From Terriglobia bacterium (GTDB taxonomy: Bacteria; Acidobacteriota; Terriglobia; JAIQFV01), in the NCBI GenBank assembly GCA_028716525.1, contig JAQUPQ010000019.1, positions 2,750-66,749 on the forward strand: a stretch of 64,000 nucleotides of DNA, given 5' to 3'. Of the stretch, positions 43,401 to 51,530 are shown one piece after another; the first letter of the stretch is position 1; every line of letters starts with the position of its first letter. The translations under genes and the position numbers were made by a program. The notes beneath the pieces were generated by a model, which worked only from the letters and a program-made list of their open reading frames with translations, searched no databases and was not told the DNA's origin.

Positions 43401-46380
43401 CGCTCAGAAAAATATTAGGGATGTAGCGATCTTCCACCGGCAACTCAACCAGTGTGGCCGTTCCCTCCATGTGAACGAGTTGATATCGATACAATTCCGG
43501 GCCCTCGACAGTGAAGAGCACATAGCGGCCGCTGACCGGAGACGTCAGCAGAATGGGCGCGGTTTGGCCGGCGCGGAAGGTGTCTTTGTCTAGAATGATC
43601 TCGACGCCGTCGTGATGGTATCCCAGCTCCGAAGAAGCGTGCGAAGTCACCCACACCGTGGTGCTGGCTTGGATGGGCGCGCCATCGACATCACGGCTGG
43701 CCCACGCGGCTTTGTAATATCCATCGCGATCGGGAGTGAAATCCAGCTCGGCAGTTCCATCCTCTTTGGTGGAAATCGATTGAGTGAGAATTTCATCGTG
43801 TTGATAGCCCCGGAATTTGAGCGTCCAGCTCTGCCCATCCGACAGCGGTGGGGGAGGGAAGATCGATAGATTGTGGCGGAAACGATCCAAGTCTGCGCCT
43901 TTCACTTCCTTTCCCTCGGGGCTGATCCAAATTTCGTACCAAAAATCGCGGGTGATGGAAACAGTTCCGTTGGCTTGTACCGGTTGGTCATTGGCGTCGA
44001 GCGCTTTGAGATTGAATCGAACCTTGTCACCGGGATGATAAAGATTGTGCTCCGCGCGGGGATAAACATAGTACGACTGGCGCGTGACGCGAACGGATCC
44101 CGATCCCACGATCTCCCGCCGTGAGGCGTCGGTGACTTTAGCTTCGATGTAATACTCGAGATCATTCGTTTCCCCGACCGGGGTTTCAAACGAAATGATG
44201 GCTTTGCCCGAAGCATCCGTTTTCACAATCTCATGCTTGATGACTTGTCCGTGAGAGCCGTAAGAATAATTGCGCTGCTCGTCATAGAGCCAGGGGAATT
44301 CATGAGGCGGCCGATAGATACGAAAGAACGGTTGCTGATACACTGAAATTTCAACGCTGGCGTCGGTGACCGGCCCTCCGGAGTAATAATCTGCCTGGAT
44401 ATCTGCAGAGACTGTGTCGCCCAATAGAAATGTCTTCTTGCGTCCGTTGGCCTCCGGCGTATGGACTTCGACTTTGAATTCCGGAAGTTTGTATTCTTCC
44501 AATCTGAACAGTTCGGCCGACCCGATGGGTGGCTTTTTGAGATCTTCCCAGAATGTAATGCGATAAGATCCCAGCGCCATTTTGTCTGTAAGCTCCAAGG
44601 AGTCCCAACCGCTCCCGAAAGAGTTGAGGGTGAGGACTCCGTCTTTGACCTTCGAGCCCCGCGGGTCGACGATTTGGTAATTCAAGGAACGATTCGCCGG
44701 GGTGAGATAGACAGAATCGTGATATTGCCGCGCAATTGTCTTCCACTGGACGGTGTCGCCCGGCCGATATGCCGGGCGGTCGGTGAAAGCATAAATTTTC
44801 CATTCCTGTGCGGGAGTTGAATAAGAATAAGTATTGGCCAGAGTGAAGGACTGCCGATCGCCCTTCGAGGCGCTGATAAACAGTTGGGCAGATGTTACTC
44901 CACCGCCCAAATCGAAGACAGCCAAACCGTTTGAATCGGTGGTCTTATCGATGGTTTTCCATGTGACCACGGAAGTTCCATTACTGTACGTTTCATTTCG
45001 TTCCACGAGTCTGATTGCGGAATCCCCCGAGGGCGCCCCCGAAACCACGTCACAAAAATAGACCAGGACCTGATGACCGACGGTCTTGGCAACGAGCGCC
45101 CCGTCACTGATCAGGATCAAGTCACGTGCATCGGCCTTACCGCCGCTCGCTTCCAGGAGGTAAGCCCCCGGCGCAAGCTTTCGATCCAGGTGAACGGTTT
45201 CGTTTCCAGGAACAAAATCGCCCTGATCCTCGGTTTCTTTTGACCATTCATAAACAGGGTTACGGCTAGAGTGATCAATTAACTGAATCCACTCGTAGGT
45301 CTGTCCCTTTTGCCCTTGAAAGCGAATGTCCTTGGAAAGGTCGACAGGGTAAAGGGCGAAGTGCACCGTTTTCACATTACGCCAATTCAATTGGAATTGA
45401 ATCTCTGATCCGGGAAGAAAGATGTTTGAAGTGCCGACCGTCAAGCTGGGAAGCGTGATGGCATTGAGTCGGTTTTGAGCGGTCTCATAATACTGGGTTT
45501 CACCTTTTCTGAATTCTGTTGTGATGCGGCGATACATCGCCGCAGCCTTGACAAAATCGGGATGTGTTTCGGGCTGACCGTCTTTTTGAAAGGTCAGGCG
45601 CCCGCTTCTTTCCAACCACTCCGCGTAGTTGTAAAGAGCATCGTTAAACCAAGGATTCGATTTTCCTCCCACGAGGGCCGCTTCGAATTCTTTGGAGATG
45701 CGCATCATGGACCGGGCATCGGCGGTTTGATTGCGCAGCGTCATGGCGACCAGATAGTGTGCGTAAGCCCGGTCATTGTCGGTGACGGCGATCTGGACGG
45801 CATTTTCGAGAATGTTGAGAGGGATGGAATTGCTGTAACCTCCATAAGGAGAGAATCTTCCTGTCCGGGAACGCTGTGCCATTTTCCAGACCATGGCCAG
45901 ATAACGATCTCGAGCCGGGGTCAAATCCGAGGAACCGGCCCACCAATCGAGCGCCGCTTGATAATGTGACAGCGCTTCACCCCAGTTGTAGGCACCGCGG
46001 CGTGTCCAATTAAAATCGCCCAGGGATTCGTTGACTTCCGCCCACACGCGATCGCGATCTTCCGGTTGCGTGATATCGCGGATCAAGACTTCGAGGTCGT
46101 GTCGGGCCGCATCGAGCTTTGAAGGGTCACTCGATTGTGATTCGGCTTGGGCGCGCCATGTGGTATCGGCGAGCCGAAAATCCACCCAACGTTTGTCCGG
46201 CGGCGCCAAAGCGAGTTGAGAGGCTTCGGCATAGAGGTCATGAGCCTTTTGATAGGAATGCTCCGCATAAGCGCTTTCGGCCTGCGTCTTCAGCGACTCG
46301 AATGAACCCGTTTGAGCTTTGAGAAGAGCTGTTGAAAAGAGAGTCGCAACCAACAAGATGTAGAACATGAAGGATTTCAT
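40435..46380 (-). CDS. bacterial alpha-2-macroglobulin family protein with intact thioester motif
   Basis: The track ORF is 40435-46398. I chose ATG 46380, which has GGAGG 6 nt upstream, giving 1981 aa. The signal peptide MKSFMFYILLVATLFSTALLKAQ has no lipobox Cys. Repeated MG-type beta domains are present, with the A2M signature FRPTAFWQPDIVTD...FPDSLTTWK. The thioester GCVEQ is encoded at 42085-42099, followed by an alpha/alpha TED-like region. Confidence 0.9.
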   Translation of the reverse strand: MKSFMFYILLVATLFSTALLKAQTGSFESLKTQAESAYAEHSYQKAHDLYAEASQLALAPPDKRWVDFRLADTTWRAQAESQSSDPSKLDAARHDLEVLIRDITQPEDRDRVWAEVNESLGDFNWTRRGAYNWGEALSHYQAALDWWAGSSDLTPARDRYLAMVWKMAQRSRTGRFSPYGGYSNSIPLNILENAVQIAVTDNDRAYAHYLVAMTLRNQTADARSMMRISKEFEAALVGGKSNPWFNDALYNYAEWLERSGRLTFQKDGQPETHPDFVKAAAMYRRITTEFRKGETQYYETAQNRLNAITLPSLTVGTSNIFLPGSEIQFQLNWRNVKTVHFALYPVDLSKDIRFQGQKGQTYEWIQLIDHSSRNPVYEWSKETEDQGDFVPGNETVHLDRKLAPGAYLLEASGGKADARDLILISDGALVAKTVGHQVLVYFCDVVSGAPSGDSAIRLVERNETYSNGTSVVTWKTIDKTTDSNGLAVFDLGGGVTSAQLFISASKGDRQSFTLANTYSYSTPAQEWKIYAFTDRPAYRPGDTVQWKTIARQYHDSVYLTPANRSLNYQIVDPRGSKVKDGVLTLNSFGSGWDSLELTDKMALGSYRITFWEDLKKPPIGSAELFRLEEYKLPEFKVEVHTPEANGRKKTFLLGDTVSADIQADYYSGGPVTDASVEISVYQQPFFRIYRPPHEFPWLYDEQRNYSYGSHGQVIKHEIVKTDASGKAIISFETPVGETNDLEYYIEAKVTDASRREIVGSGSVRVTRQSYYVYPRAEHNLYHPGDKVRFNLKALDANDQPVQANGTVSITRDFWYEIWISPEGKEVKGADLDRFRHNLSIFPPPPLSDGQSWTLKFRGYQHDEILTQSISTKEDGTAELDFTPDRDGYYKAAWASRDVDGAPIQASTTVWVTSHASSELGYHHDGVEIILDKDTFRAGQTAPILLTSPVSGRYVLFTVEGPELYRYQLVHMEGTATLVELPVEDRYIPNIFLSATMVNDCQISIDTKSIVIPPAKHFLNVEVSSNRKTFQPRDEGTFTITTRDSDGKPVSAEVALGLADESVYYIQSGLAGDIRQFFYGDKRWNQVQNQSTFSQRSFVKLIQIPNGAWMDETQWRDSWLAGGVGYGVGSGTGAGRGLGNAIVGGQVGGVLGGVVDRVTTTESVAVNGSIQALPTYSIARSDKAMMAMAPSAPAPSQAQEVTVRTDFRPTAFWQPDIVTDKDGHATVRVKFPDSLTTWKAVARVETTENQFGNGDTSVQTQLPLIVRLEVPRFFLVGDKVTVSAVVNNNTDQPINGRPRLQVDGLVIEGAQSGSVPNEFQGPAIEVPAHGETRVDWQAVVQKPGLAKLKVIVQSEKYSDAMEKTIPVYEHGIEKFLAKSGKLRGQEAIVTLNIPKDRKPETTQMLVQVSPSMAVTMLDALPYLIDYPYGCVEQTMSRFLPAAVTAKTLKDLGISRATVMNHLFGGIEQSYAAQTHPGGARNLDQLDSIIQQSLDRLYDFQHSDGGWGWWKEGETDRFMTAYTVWGLALARNAGIEVKPDVIDKAVRYLSVHLVDEKDHYDMQAWMLYALVSGASNSSDQEFIQRAVENLWAQRDQLNAYTRALFALSTHALGDEQKSQVLIRNLENGVKIDRRPDTSILLPGAKEENPEVQATAHWGEDGIYWRWSDGGVEATAFALKALLAIDPQNKLIEPVTNWLIKNRRGAQWNSTRNTAITILALDDYLRTSGELNPNVEFQVLVNGHAVAHRTVTKDDVLTAPSQFLVDSQYLVDGPNKVEIRKISGASPLYFSVQTKFFSLEEPIKAAGNEIFVRRQYYLMVGHPTLLKGYVYDQQLLEDGDSVKSGDRIHTVITIEGKNNYEYLVFEDLKPAGLEAVQIQSGSPLYAKELKPGAVQKDEKTLIEGSVSNTSSFTGQTRWVYQELRDRKIAMFIDKLPQGLWQIQYDLRAEAPGQFHALPTLGYAMYVPEIRANSDETHINVIDQK

Positions 46381-46773
46381 GCCTGCCTCCGAGAGCACTT
46401 GACAATTATAAATGCGCCCCTACTCCATCCCGCCTGGCCTCATTCCACGAACACATCGGGTCCGCCTGAACCCTGTAGGTATGGCACGACCTTATGGCCC
46501 CAATCTTTCTTTGTTGCTGAACCCTGCAGGATTAGATGACCTCGGGAGAAGAAAAGTTTCTGAAATTGAATCTATAGACGAAGATAAAACATAGTGACAG
46601 ACCGCAGCGTCTCTCGACGCGCCATGGCGTGGGTAGCCGCGGTGCGGTTTCTGCAGCGCGGGCCTCGAGGCGTCACTATATTCTGTCATCTTCTGTAGTG
46701 TCGACGATTCGGTAGCGGGCGGCCGTAAATCCAAAGACCATTTTGTCGAAACGAAATCTTGACCTGTGGATTC

Positions 46774-47217
46774 CTACTTGGAGTTGGGTTTGACCGGTTT
46801 AGCCCCACCGGATTCGACTTTGTATCCGGCGGATTTCCAAGATTCCAGAGTGCAATAAGAGGAAGCTGAGTAACCCAATTTTTGTAACAGAACGACGGCA
46901 TGCGAGCTTCGTCCGCCCTTGTCGCACACGGTCACCACGGTCGTTGTCTTCGGCACATGCAGTGCCAGGAATTCCTTTTCGAAATTTTCAAGGGGGATGT
47001 TCAAGGCGTCGGGAACATGACCCCTGGCGTACTCTGCGGGCACCCGGACATCAAGGATGAGGACCTTCTGACCCTGGTTGATTTGTGAATGTAAGGCTTG
47101 AGCGCTGGTTCGCGGTGCATTCGGTACGACCGTCATGTGTTGGGCCGGCACAGCCAGATTGAATCCGGCCCATAGGATCGAGGCCGCGAGTAAGTGGAAA
47201 CATTTCTTTGTGTTCAT
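46774..47217 (-). CDS. secreted rhodanese-like domain protein
   Basis: I chose the start at ATG 47217 (MNTKKCFHLLAASILWAGFNLAVPAQ, a signal peptide); the track start is 47253. The rhodanese pattern is VLILDVRVPAEYARGHVPDALNIP with the active-site loop VCDKGGRS. Confidence 0.82.
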   Translation of the reverse strand: MNTKKCFHLLAASILWAGFNLAVPAQHMTVVPNAPRTSAQALHSQINQGQKVLILDVRVPAEYARGHVPDALNIPLENFEKEFLALHVPKTTTVVTVCDKGGRSSHAVVLLQKLGYSASSYCTLESWKSAGYKVESGGAKPVKPNSK

Positions 47218-47304
47218 CTTTATATACCTTCCCATTATCTTGTTTTGATGCATTTATTCTTGATTGTGTCTCTTTGCATGTAAACCTTGAGAGGATTTGA
47301 TTTC

Positions 47305-48612
47305 TTAGAGGCCCCTTGGGGGTTCCACCTCTGAATCGTCCACGCCCGTGATCAAACGTGCCGAGCGATTCAATGTAAAATAATTCCAGGCCCACTGCAG
47401 GAACACCAGCAATCGATTTTCAAATTCAACAATGTACATCAAGTGAACAAACAACCATGTCAGCCACGCCAGATAACCTGAGAATCTGAGGTTTTTAATT
47501 ACCGCCACCGCCGCAGCCCGGCCAATGGTTGCGAGGTTTCCTTTGTCTCGATAGTAGAACGGTGAGGAGTTTTTCCGGCGCAGACGAGATTGGATGACTT
47601 GGGCCACATAGCTTCCTTGCTGAATGGCGACGGGAGCCACACCGGGGAGGGGTTTTCCGTCTTCTGCGGCCAGGTTGACGAGGTCTCCAATCGCAAAGAT
47701 TTCAGGATGGCCTGGGACCGTCAGATCGCGCTGGATCAATATCCTCCCGGCGCGGTCCAATGGGACGCCGGTTTTCTTCGACAATATGTTCGCGAGTGGA
47801 GAGGGCCGTACGCCGGCCGCCCAAAGCACGGTCCGTGTGGCTATTCGCCGTGTTTCTCCCTGAAGTCGAACCGTTACACTCTCGGTGGTGATGTCTTGGG
47901 CCAGGGCCTGCGTCAGAACTTCCACCCGGAGTCGGTTCAGAGATTCCTTGGCTTTCTGGGACAGTGAAGGCGGGAAAGCCGGGAGCAAACGCTCTCCGCC
48001 CTCCAACAGAATGATGTGTGCCTCGGAAGGATCGATATGACGGAAATTATCTTTCAGGGTGATATTAGCGATCTCGGCGAGCGCGCCGGCCAATTCGACG
48101 CCCGTGGCGCCGCCTCCAACAATCACGAAGGTCAGCCAGGCCTGAATGGATTGGGGATTCGTTTCGCGTTCGGCCGATTCGAAGGCCAACAGAATCTTTC
48201 GGCGAATCCAGGTGGCGTCTTCGATACTCTTCAAGCCGGGGGCAAAAGCGGCCCATTCGTTGTGACCGAAATAGAAGTTTTCAGCGCCCACCGCGAGAAC
48301 CAGAGTGTCGTAGTCGATGCTCCCGTCCTTTAGAATGATGCGTCGATGCTCAACATCCAAATCTGTCATTTCCCCGAGCACGACTTCGACATTCTTCTGG
48401 CTCCGGAGAATGGAACGAAGGGGCGAAGCAATATTGGCGGGTGATAATCCACCCGTGGCGACTTGGTAGAGGAGGGGCTGAAAGAGATGGAAATTCCTCT
48501 TGTCGATCAACGTGATCCGCACAGGAGCCCGTTTCAGATGCTGCACGGCATTCAATCCGCCGAACCCGCCACCGACAATGACCACGCGATGAAGCCCTTC
48601 GGAATTTGTCAT
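47305..48612 (-). CDS. ndh: type II NADH:quinone oxidoreductase (NDH-2), FAD-dependent
   Basis: The track ORF is 47305-48630 (TTG); I prefer ATG 48612. It has the dinucleotide folds HRVVIVGGGFGGLNA and FVIVGGGATGVELAG, plus FHLFQPLLYQVATGGLS and a C-terminal amphipathic/membrane segment. Confidence 0.88.
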   Translation of the reverse strand: MTNSEGLHRVVIVGGGFGGLNAVQHLKRAPVRITLIDKRNFHLFQPLLYQVATGGLSPANIASPLRSILRSQKNVEVVLGEMTDLDVEHRRIILKDGSIDYDTLVLAVGAENFYFGHNEWAAFAPGLKSIEDATWIRRKILLAFESAERETNPQSIQAWLTFVIVGGGATGVELAGALAEIANITLKDNFRHIDPSEAHIILLEGGERLLPAFPPSLSQKAKESLNRLRVEVLTQALAQDITTESVTVRLQGETRRIATRTVLWAAGVRPSPLANILSKKTGVPLDRAGRILIQRDLTVPGHPEIFAIGDLVNLAAEDGKPLPGVAPVAIQQGSYVAQVIQSRLRRKNSSPFYYRDKGNLATIGRAAAVAVIKNLRFSGYLAWLTWLFVHLMYIVEFENRLLVFLQWAWNYFTLNRSARLITGVDDSEVEPPRGL

Positions 48613-48702
48613 GATCTCTTCACAAACCAAGATTTTTGATGTGCGCCCGCAGAAACAACAGACCCGAATTTACGCTGTCAGCGGGCAACGCCAGGGAATC
48701 TT

Positions 48703-49608
48703 TCATCTCGGGTTTCCGAGGAATTCTCTCAAGGTTCCTTCCAAACTTGGGTGCCGGAACTGATACCCGCATTGCAGCAGGCGAGTTGGAAGAACTCGTG
48801 AACTGGCCAACAACAATTCATCGGCCATCTCTCCCAGGGCCAAACGAGCCATGGAGGCCGGAAGAGGAAAGACCGTCGGGCGGCGAAGCACGCGCCCCAA
48901 TGTCTTGGTGAATTCTTTGTTCCGGACGGGATTCGGACTTACGATGTTCACCGGACCCCGCAGCGCATCGTTTTGAAGTACAAGAACAATGGATTCGATT
49001 TCATCCTCGAGCGACACCCAACTGATGAACTGTCGTCCACTGCCAACGCGGCCACCCAGGCCGTATCGGAAGGGCTTAACCATTTTTTGGAGGCCGCCTC
49101 CAATCGGGCTCAGAACAAAACCTGTTCGAAGCCACACCACGCGGATTCCGGCTGCAGCCGCGGGCTGGGTTGCCGTTTCCCATTGTCGGCACACATCCGC
49201 CAAAAATCCTTTACCATGGGGGCTTTCTTCGGTCAATTCCTCTTCGCCGCGGTCCCCGTAAAATCCCGTCGCTGAACCGGAAATCAACACACGTGGGGGT
49301 TTTTTGAGTTGTGCCAACGTCCTCGCCAGAAAGTCCGTCGCATCGACTCGACTGGAGCGAATGCGTTCTTTCCGTTCCGGGGTCCATCTTCCAGAAGCAA
49401 TGTTTTCTCCGGCGAGGTGAACCACGGCATCCATTCCTTCCAGTCCTGGTCTTTCAATTTCATGGGCGGTGGGATTCCATCGGACTGCCGGAACGATCGG
49501 TTTTGATTTGGAACGAACCAGCCGGATGACTTCATGGCCTTCCACCGTCAATGTTGTTAAGAGGGCGGAGCCGATAAGTCCACTCGAACCGCTGACTAAA
49601 ACTCTCAT
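48703..49608 (-). CDS. TIGR01777-type epimerase-family protein (NAD-binding, C-terminal DUF1731)
   Basis: The track ORF is 48703-49671. I chose ATG 49608, which has AGGAAG upstream. The N-terminus is MRVLVSGSSGLIGSAL, and the length and C-terminal region (RVLPTRLLQCGYQFRHPSLEGTL) fit this family. Confidence 0.85.
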   Translation of the reverse strand: MRVLVSGSSGLIGSALLTTLTVEGHEVIRLVRSKSKPIVPAVRWNPTAHEIERPGLEGMDAVVHLAGENIASGRWTPERKERIRSSRVDATDFLARTLAQLKKPPRVLISGSATGFYGDRGEEELTEESPHGKGFLADVCRQWETATQPAAAAGIRVVWLRTGFVLSPIGGGLQKMVKPFRYGLGGRVGSGRQFISWVSLEDEIESIVLVLQNDALRGPVNIVSPNPVRNKEFTKTLGRVLRRPTVFPLPASMARLALGEMADELLLASSRVLPTRLLQCGYQFRHPSLEGTLREFLGNPR

Positions 49609-49775
49609 AACGAGATCTTCCTTTTTCGATGCCACACCTGGAGCTGAGGTGCAGCAGCGAATCGGTAACAATTGAAAGGGTACAGTTGTTCTTTTGAGAT
49701 GGTAACCGAATTTAAGGGAGACCTACAAGAAAACAACAGCTCGGAAATGGCTCAGCCTATTCGTCAATGTGGCTG

Positions 49776-49850
49776 AAGCCGCCGCGGAGCGGCGCCATGC
49801 AGTAGCCTGGGGTGATGGGCTTCGGCTTTATCGAAGCCATCACCCCAGGA
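49776..49850. repeat. REP family 2, left copy
   Basis: GAAGCCGCCGCGGAGCGGCGCCATGCAGTAGCCTGGGGTGATGGGCTTCGgctttaTCGAAGCCATCACCCCAGG, with a long hairpin of about 18 bp. Confidence 0.7.
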
Positions 49851-49904
49851 TAAGATACCGATCCTTCGACCTCTGTTTTCCCGCCCTGCATGGGCGGTCG
49901 GGCC

Positions 49905-50357
49905 TCATATCCAGATGTATCTCTCATCGTAATCGATCTCGTGGGCCTTCAACAGCTTTATGAACTCCTCCTGAAATGTCATCTTGCGGTGATGAGACTT
50001 CTGATTACGGATGTAGGCGGCAATCTGATCCTCTGCAGACCGGCTCACCGTGAATCCCCCAAAGCCTCGTTGCCAATGAAATCCTCTTCGCTCGACCCAG
50101 CGGCAATGAATCCATTTTGAAGAGTCGGATTTAATCTGGCGCAATATTTCGGAAAGGGCCTGGTCGGCTCGCATTGAAAAAAGCAGGTGCAGATGATCCG
50201 AGCGTCCACCAATCTCAAGAAGTTTTCCTTGTTGTCCACGAATGATGCCACCGATGTAACGGTAAAGATCTGTTCTCCAGTCCTCGGGTATCAGGGGGAA
50301 GCGGTTTTTTGTGCTGAAGGTGACGTGGTAACGCAAAGAGGTATAACTGTTAGGCAT
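49905..50357 (-). CDS. IS200/IS605-type Y1 (HUH) transposase, RAYT-like, second copy
   Basis: The track ORF is 49905-50549 (GTG). I chose the internal ATG, placed near 50357 by track arithmetic, because MPNSYTSLRYHVTFSTKNRFPLI aligns with the N-terminus of the 20268-20720 protein. It has HUH in SDHLHLLFS and the Tyr-motif counterpart FHWQRGFGGFTVS, where the aligned position is Phe rather than Tyr. Confidence 0.85.
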   Translation of the reverse strand: MPNSYTSLRYHVTFSTKNRFPLIPEDWRTDLYRYIGGIIRGQQGKLLEIGGRSDHLHLLFSMRADQALSEILRQIKSDSSKWIHCRWVERRGFHWQRGFGGFTVSRSAEDQIAAYIRNQKSHHRKMTFQEEFIKLLKAHEIDYDERYIWI

Positions 50358-50435
50358 GGGAATTGACTCCGGGAAATTCTGTCGCCCTTTCAGGGCGACG
50401 GGGGAAGGGTTAAGGCGATAAGGGGGTGACGATTT

Positions 50436-50510
50436 TCCTTGGGTGGCGCCTCGATGAATCGTGGCGCCACCCAAGGCTACCACATTTTGCCGCTCCGCGG
50501 CCAAGTTGGT
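50436..50510. repeat. REP family 2, right copy (inverted)
   Basis: CCTTGGGTGGCGCCtcgatgaatcgtGGCGCCACCCAAGGCTACCACATTTTGCCGCTCCGCGGCCAAGTTGG, with a 14-bp perfect stem. Confidence 0.7.
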
Positions 50511-50591
50511 GCTTCCGACAAAAAAAATCAGATTGAGCCGCCGCAACACCTAGGGCTTTCCGGATCGCCCGCAGGTGTTTTCATTTTCGTC

Positions 50592-51356
50592 CTATTCCAC
50601 CAGCCGTATGGTCCAAAAATCGTCGGCCAGGTTGGGGTCCGTCAGATAGGCATAGGGAAGAGTAAAGTAGCCTTTCATTCCCCACTGTGATCCCCAGGAA
50701 TTCCTCACGATGAACCACTGTTTGGCATCGTCATACCCAACGGCGAGAACGGCATGTCCTCCAAGCTGTCCTTCGCCGGAGGAGGGCATGGGCGCGTGCC
50801 CGGTTTTTGCCACCTGCGGGCTTTCAAAACTTTCGTAAACGGCAAATCCGAACACAAAGGGAAATCCCGAAGCCAAACAACCTTTCATCTGATTCAGATT
50901 CGAAACCAGTCGTTGATATTGGATGGCTTGATGCTGCAGGCCATGGGTGTAACAGGGCCGCGGCGGGAGCTTTCGAAACTTCGCAATGACATAGGGCCAC
51001 TGAGTTTCCGGGCAGGCGCCTTGTTTTGCAACGCTCTTGATGCCGTCGCGGATCATCGCGCCACTGTCCGAATTTACAGTCCCTTCCATTTTACGTTCGT
51101 TGTAATAAATGAAAAGACGGGAGGGGAGGAACACTTCCTTTTCCTTTTGGAGCATTTGGTCGAATTCCAGCGCAGCGCCAATGGCATTGGCCGTACAGCT
51201 TCCCAATTGACCTTGGTTATAAACCGGTGGACAGAGTGTTCGAAGATCAGTTTTCTTGGGAAGTGCCGCCAGCGTGGGAGAGGGCGCCGCGTAAATGTGG
51301 TCACGATGATCCGGAATGTCGGGTGTCCAGCCGTAACGCGCAATTTTGCGTGACAT
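50592..51356 (-). CDS. papain-like cysteine peptidase, family C1
   Basis: The track ORF is 50592-51404. I chose ATG 51356, which has AAGGAGG 7 nt upstream. The catalytic Cys context is QGQLGSCTANA, the His context GGHAVLAVGYDD and the Asn context VRNSWGSQWGMKGY. There is no obvious signal peptide or long propeptide. Confidence 0.85.
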   Translation of the reverse strand: MSRKIARYGWTPDIPDHRDHIYAAPSPTLAALPKKTDLRTLCPPVYNQGQLGSCTANAIGAALEFDQMLQKEKEVFLPSRLFIYYNERKMEGTVNSDSGAMIRDGIKSVAKQGACPETQWPYVIAKFRKLPPRPCYTHGLQHQAIQYQRLVSNLNQMKGCLASGFPFVFGFAVYESFESPQVAKTGHAPMPSSGEGQLGGHAVLAVGYDDAKQWFIVRNSWGSQWGMKGYFTLPYAYLTDPNLADDFWTIRLVE

Positions 51357-51530
51357 GGTCGTGCCTCCTTGAAGATAAGGGTATTGAATTATGGGGGGAC
51401 ACAACTATAGATCGATGGGGGCGAGCGGGTCAATCCCTTGGGGGAGTATGGACCGCTCTTGGGAGGTGTTCACCGCTGTCGGGCATGGGCCTTTATCGCA
51501 CTTGGGACCATGAAAATGGAAGGACCCGGT

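Larger units (their letters stand above)
49776..50510. mobile_element. REP-RAYT unit 2: Y1 transposase gene bracketed by a second REP family in inverted orientation
   Basis: The left element (49776-49850) and the reverse complement of the right element (50436-50510) share GCCGCGGAGCGGC..ATG..GTAGCC. Each then carries a long hairpin, and the two hairpins differ by compensatory changes. Confidence 0.7.

Noticed and set aside
46592-46679. Long-variable-arm tRNA (the 7-8-bp terminal pairing resembles an acceptor stem)
   Set aside because: There is no D-stem complementarity and no GTTCRANYC T-loop. I kept it only as a low-interest palindromic element.
49905-50549. The full 214-aa version of the second transposase ORF
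   Set aside because: The N-terminal 64 aa come from a GTG start and are translated through REP hairpin DNA. Homology to the first RAYT-like protein begins at the internal Met.
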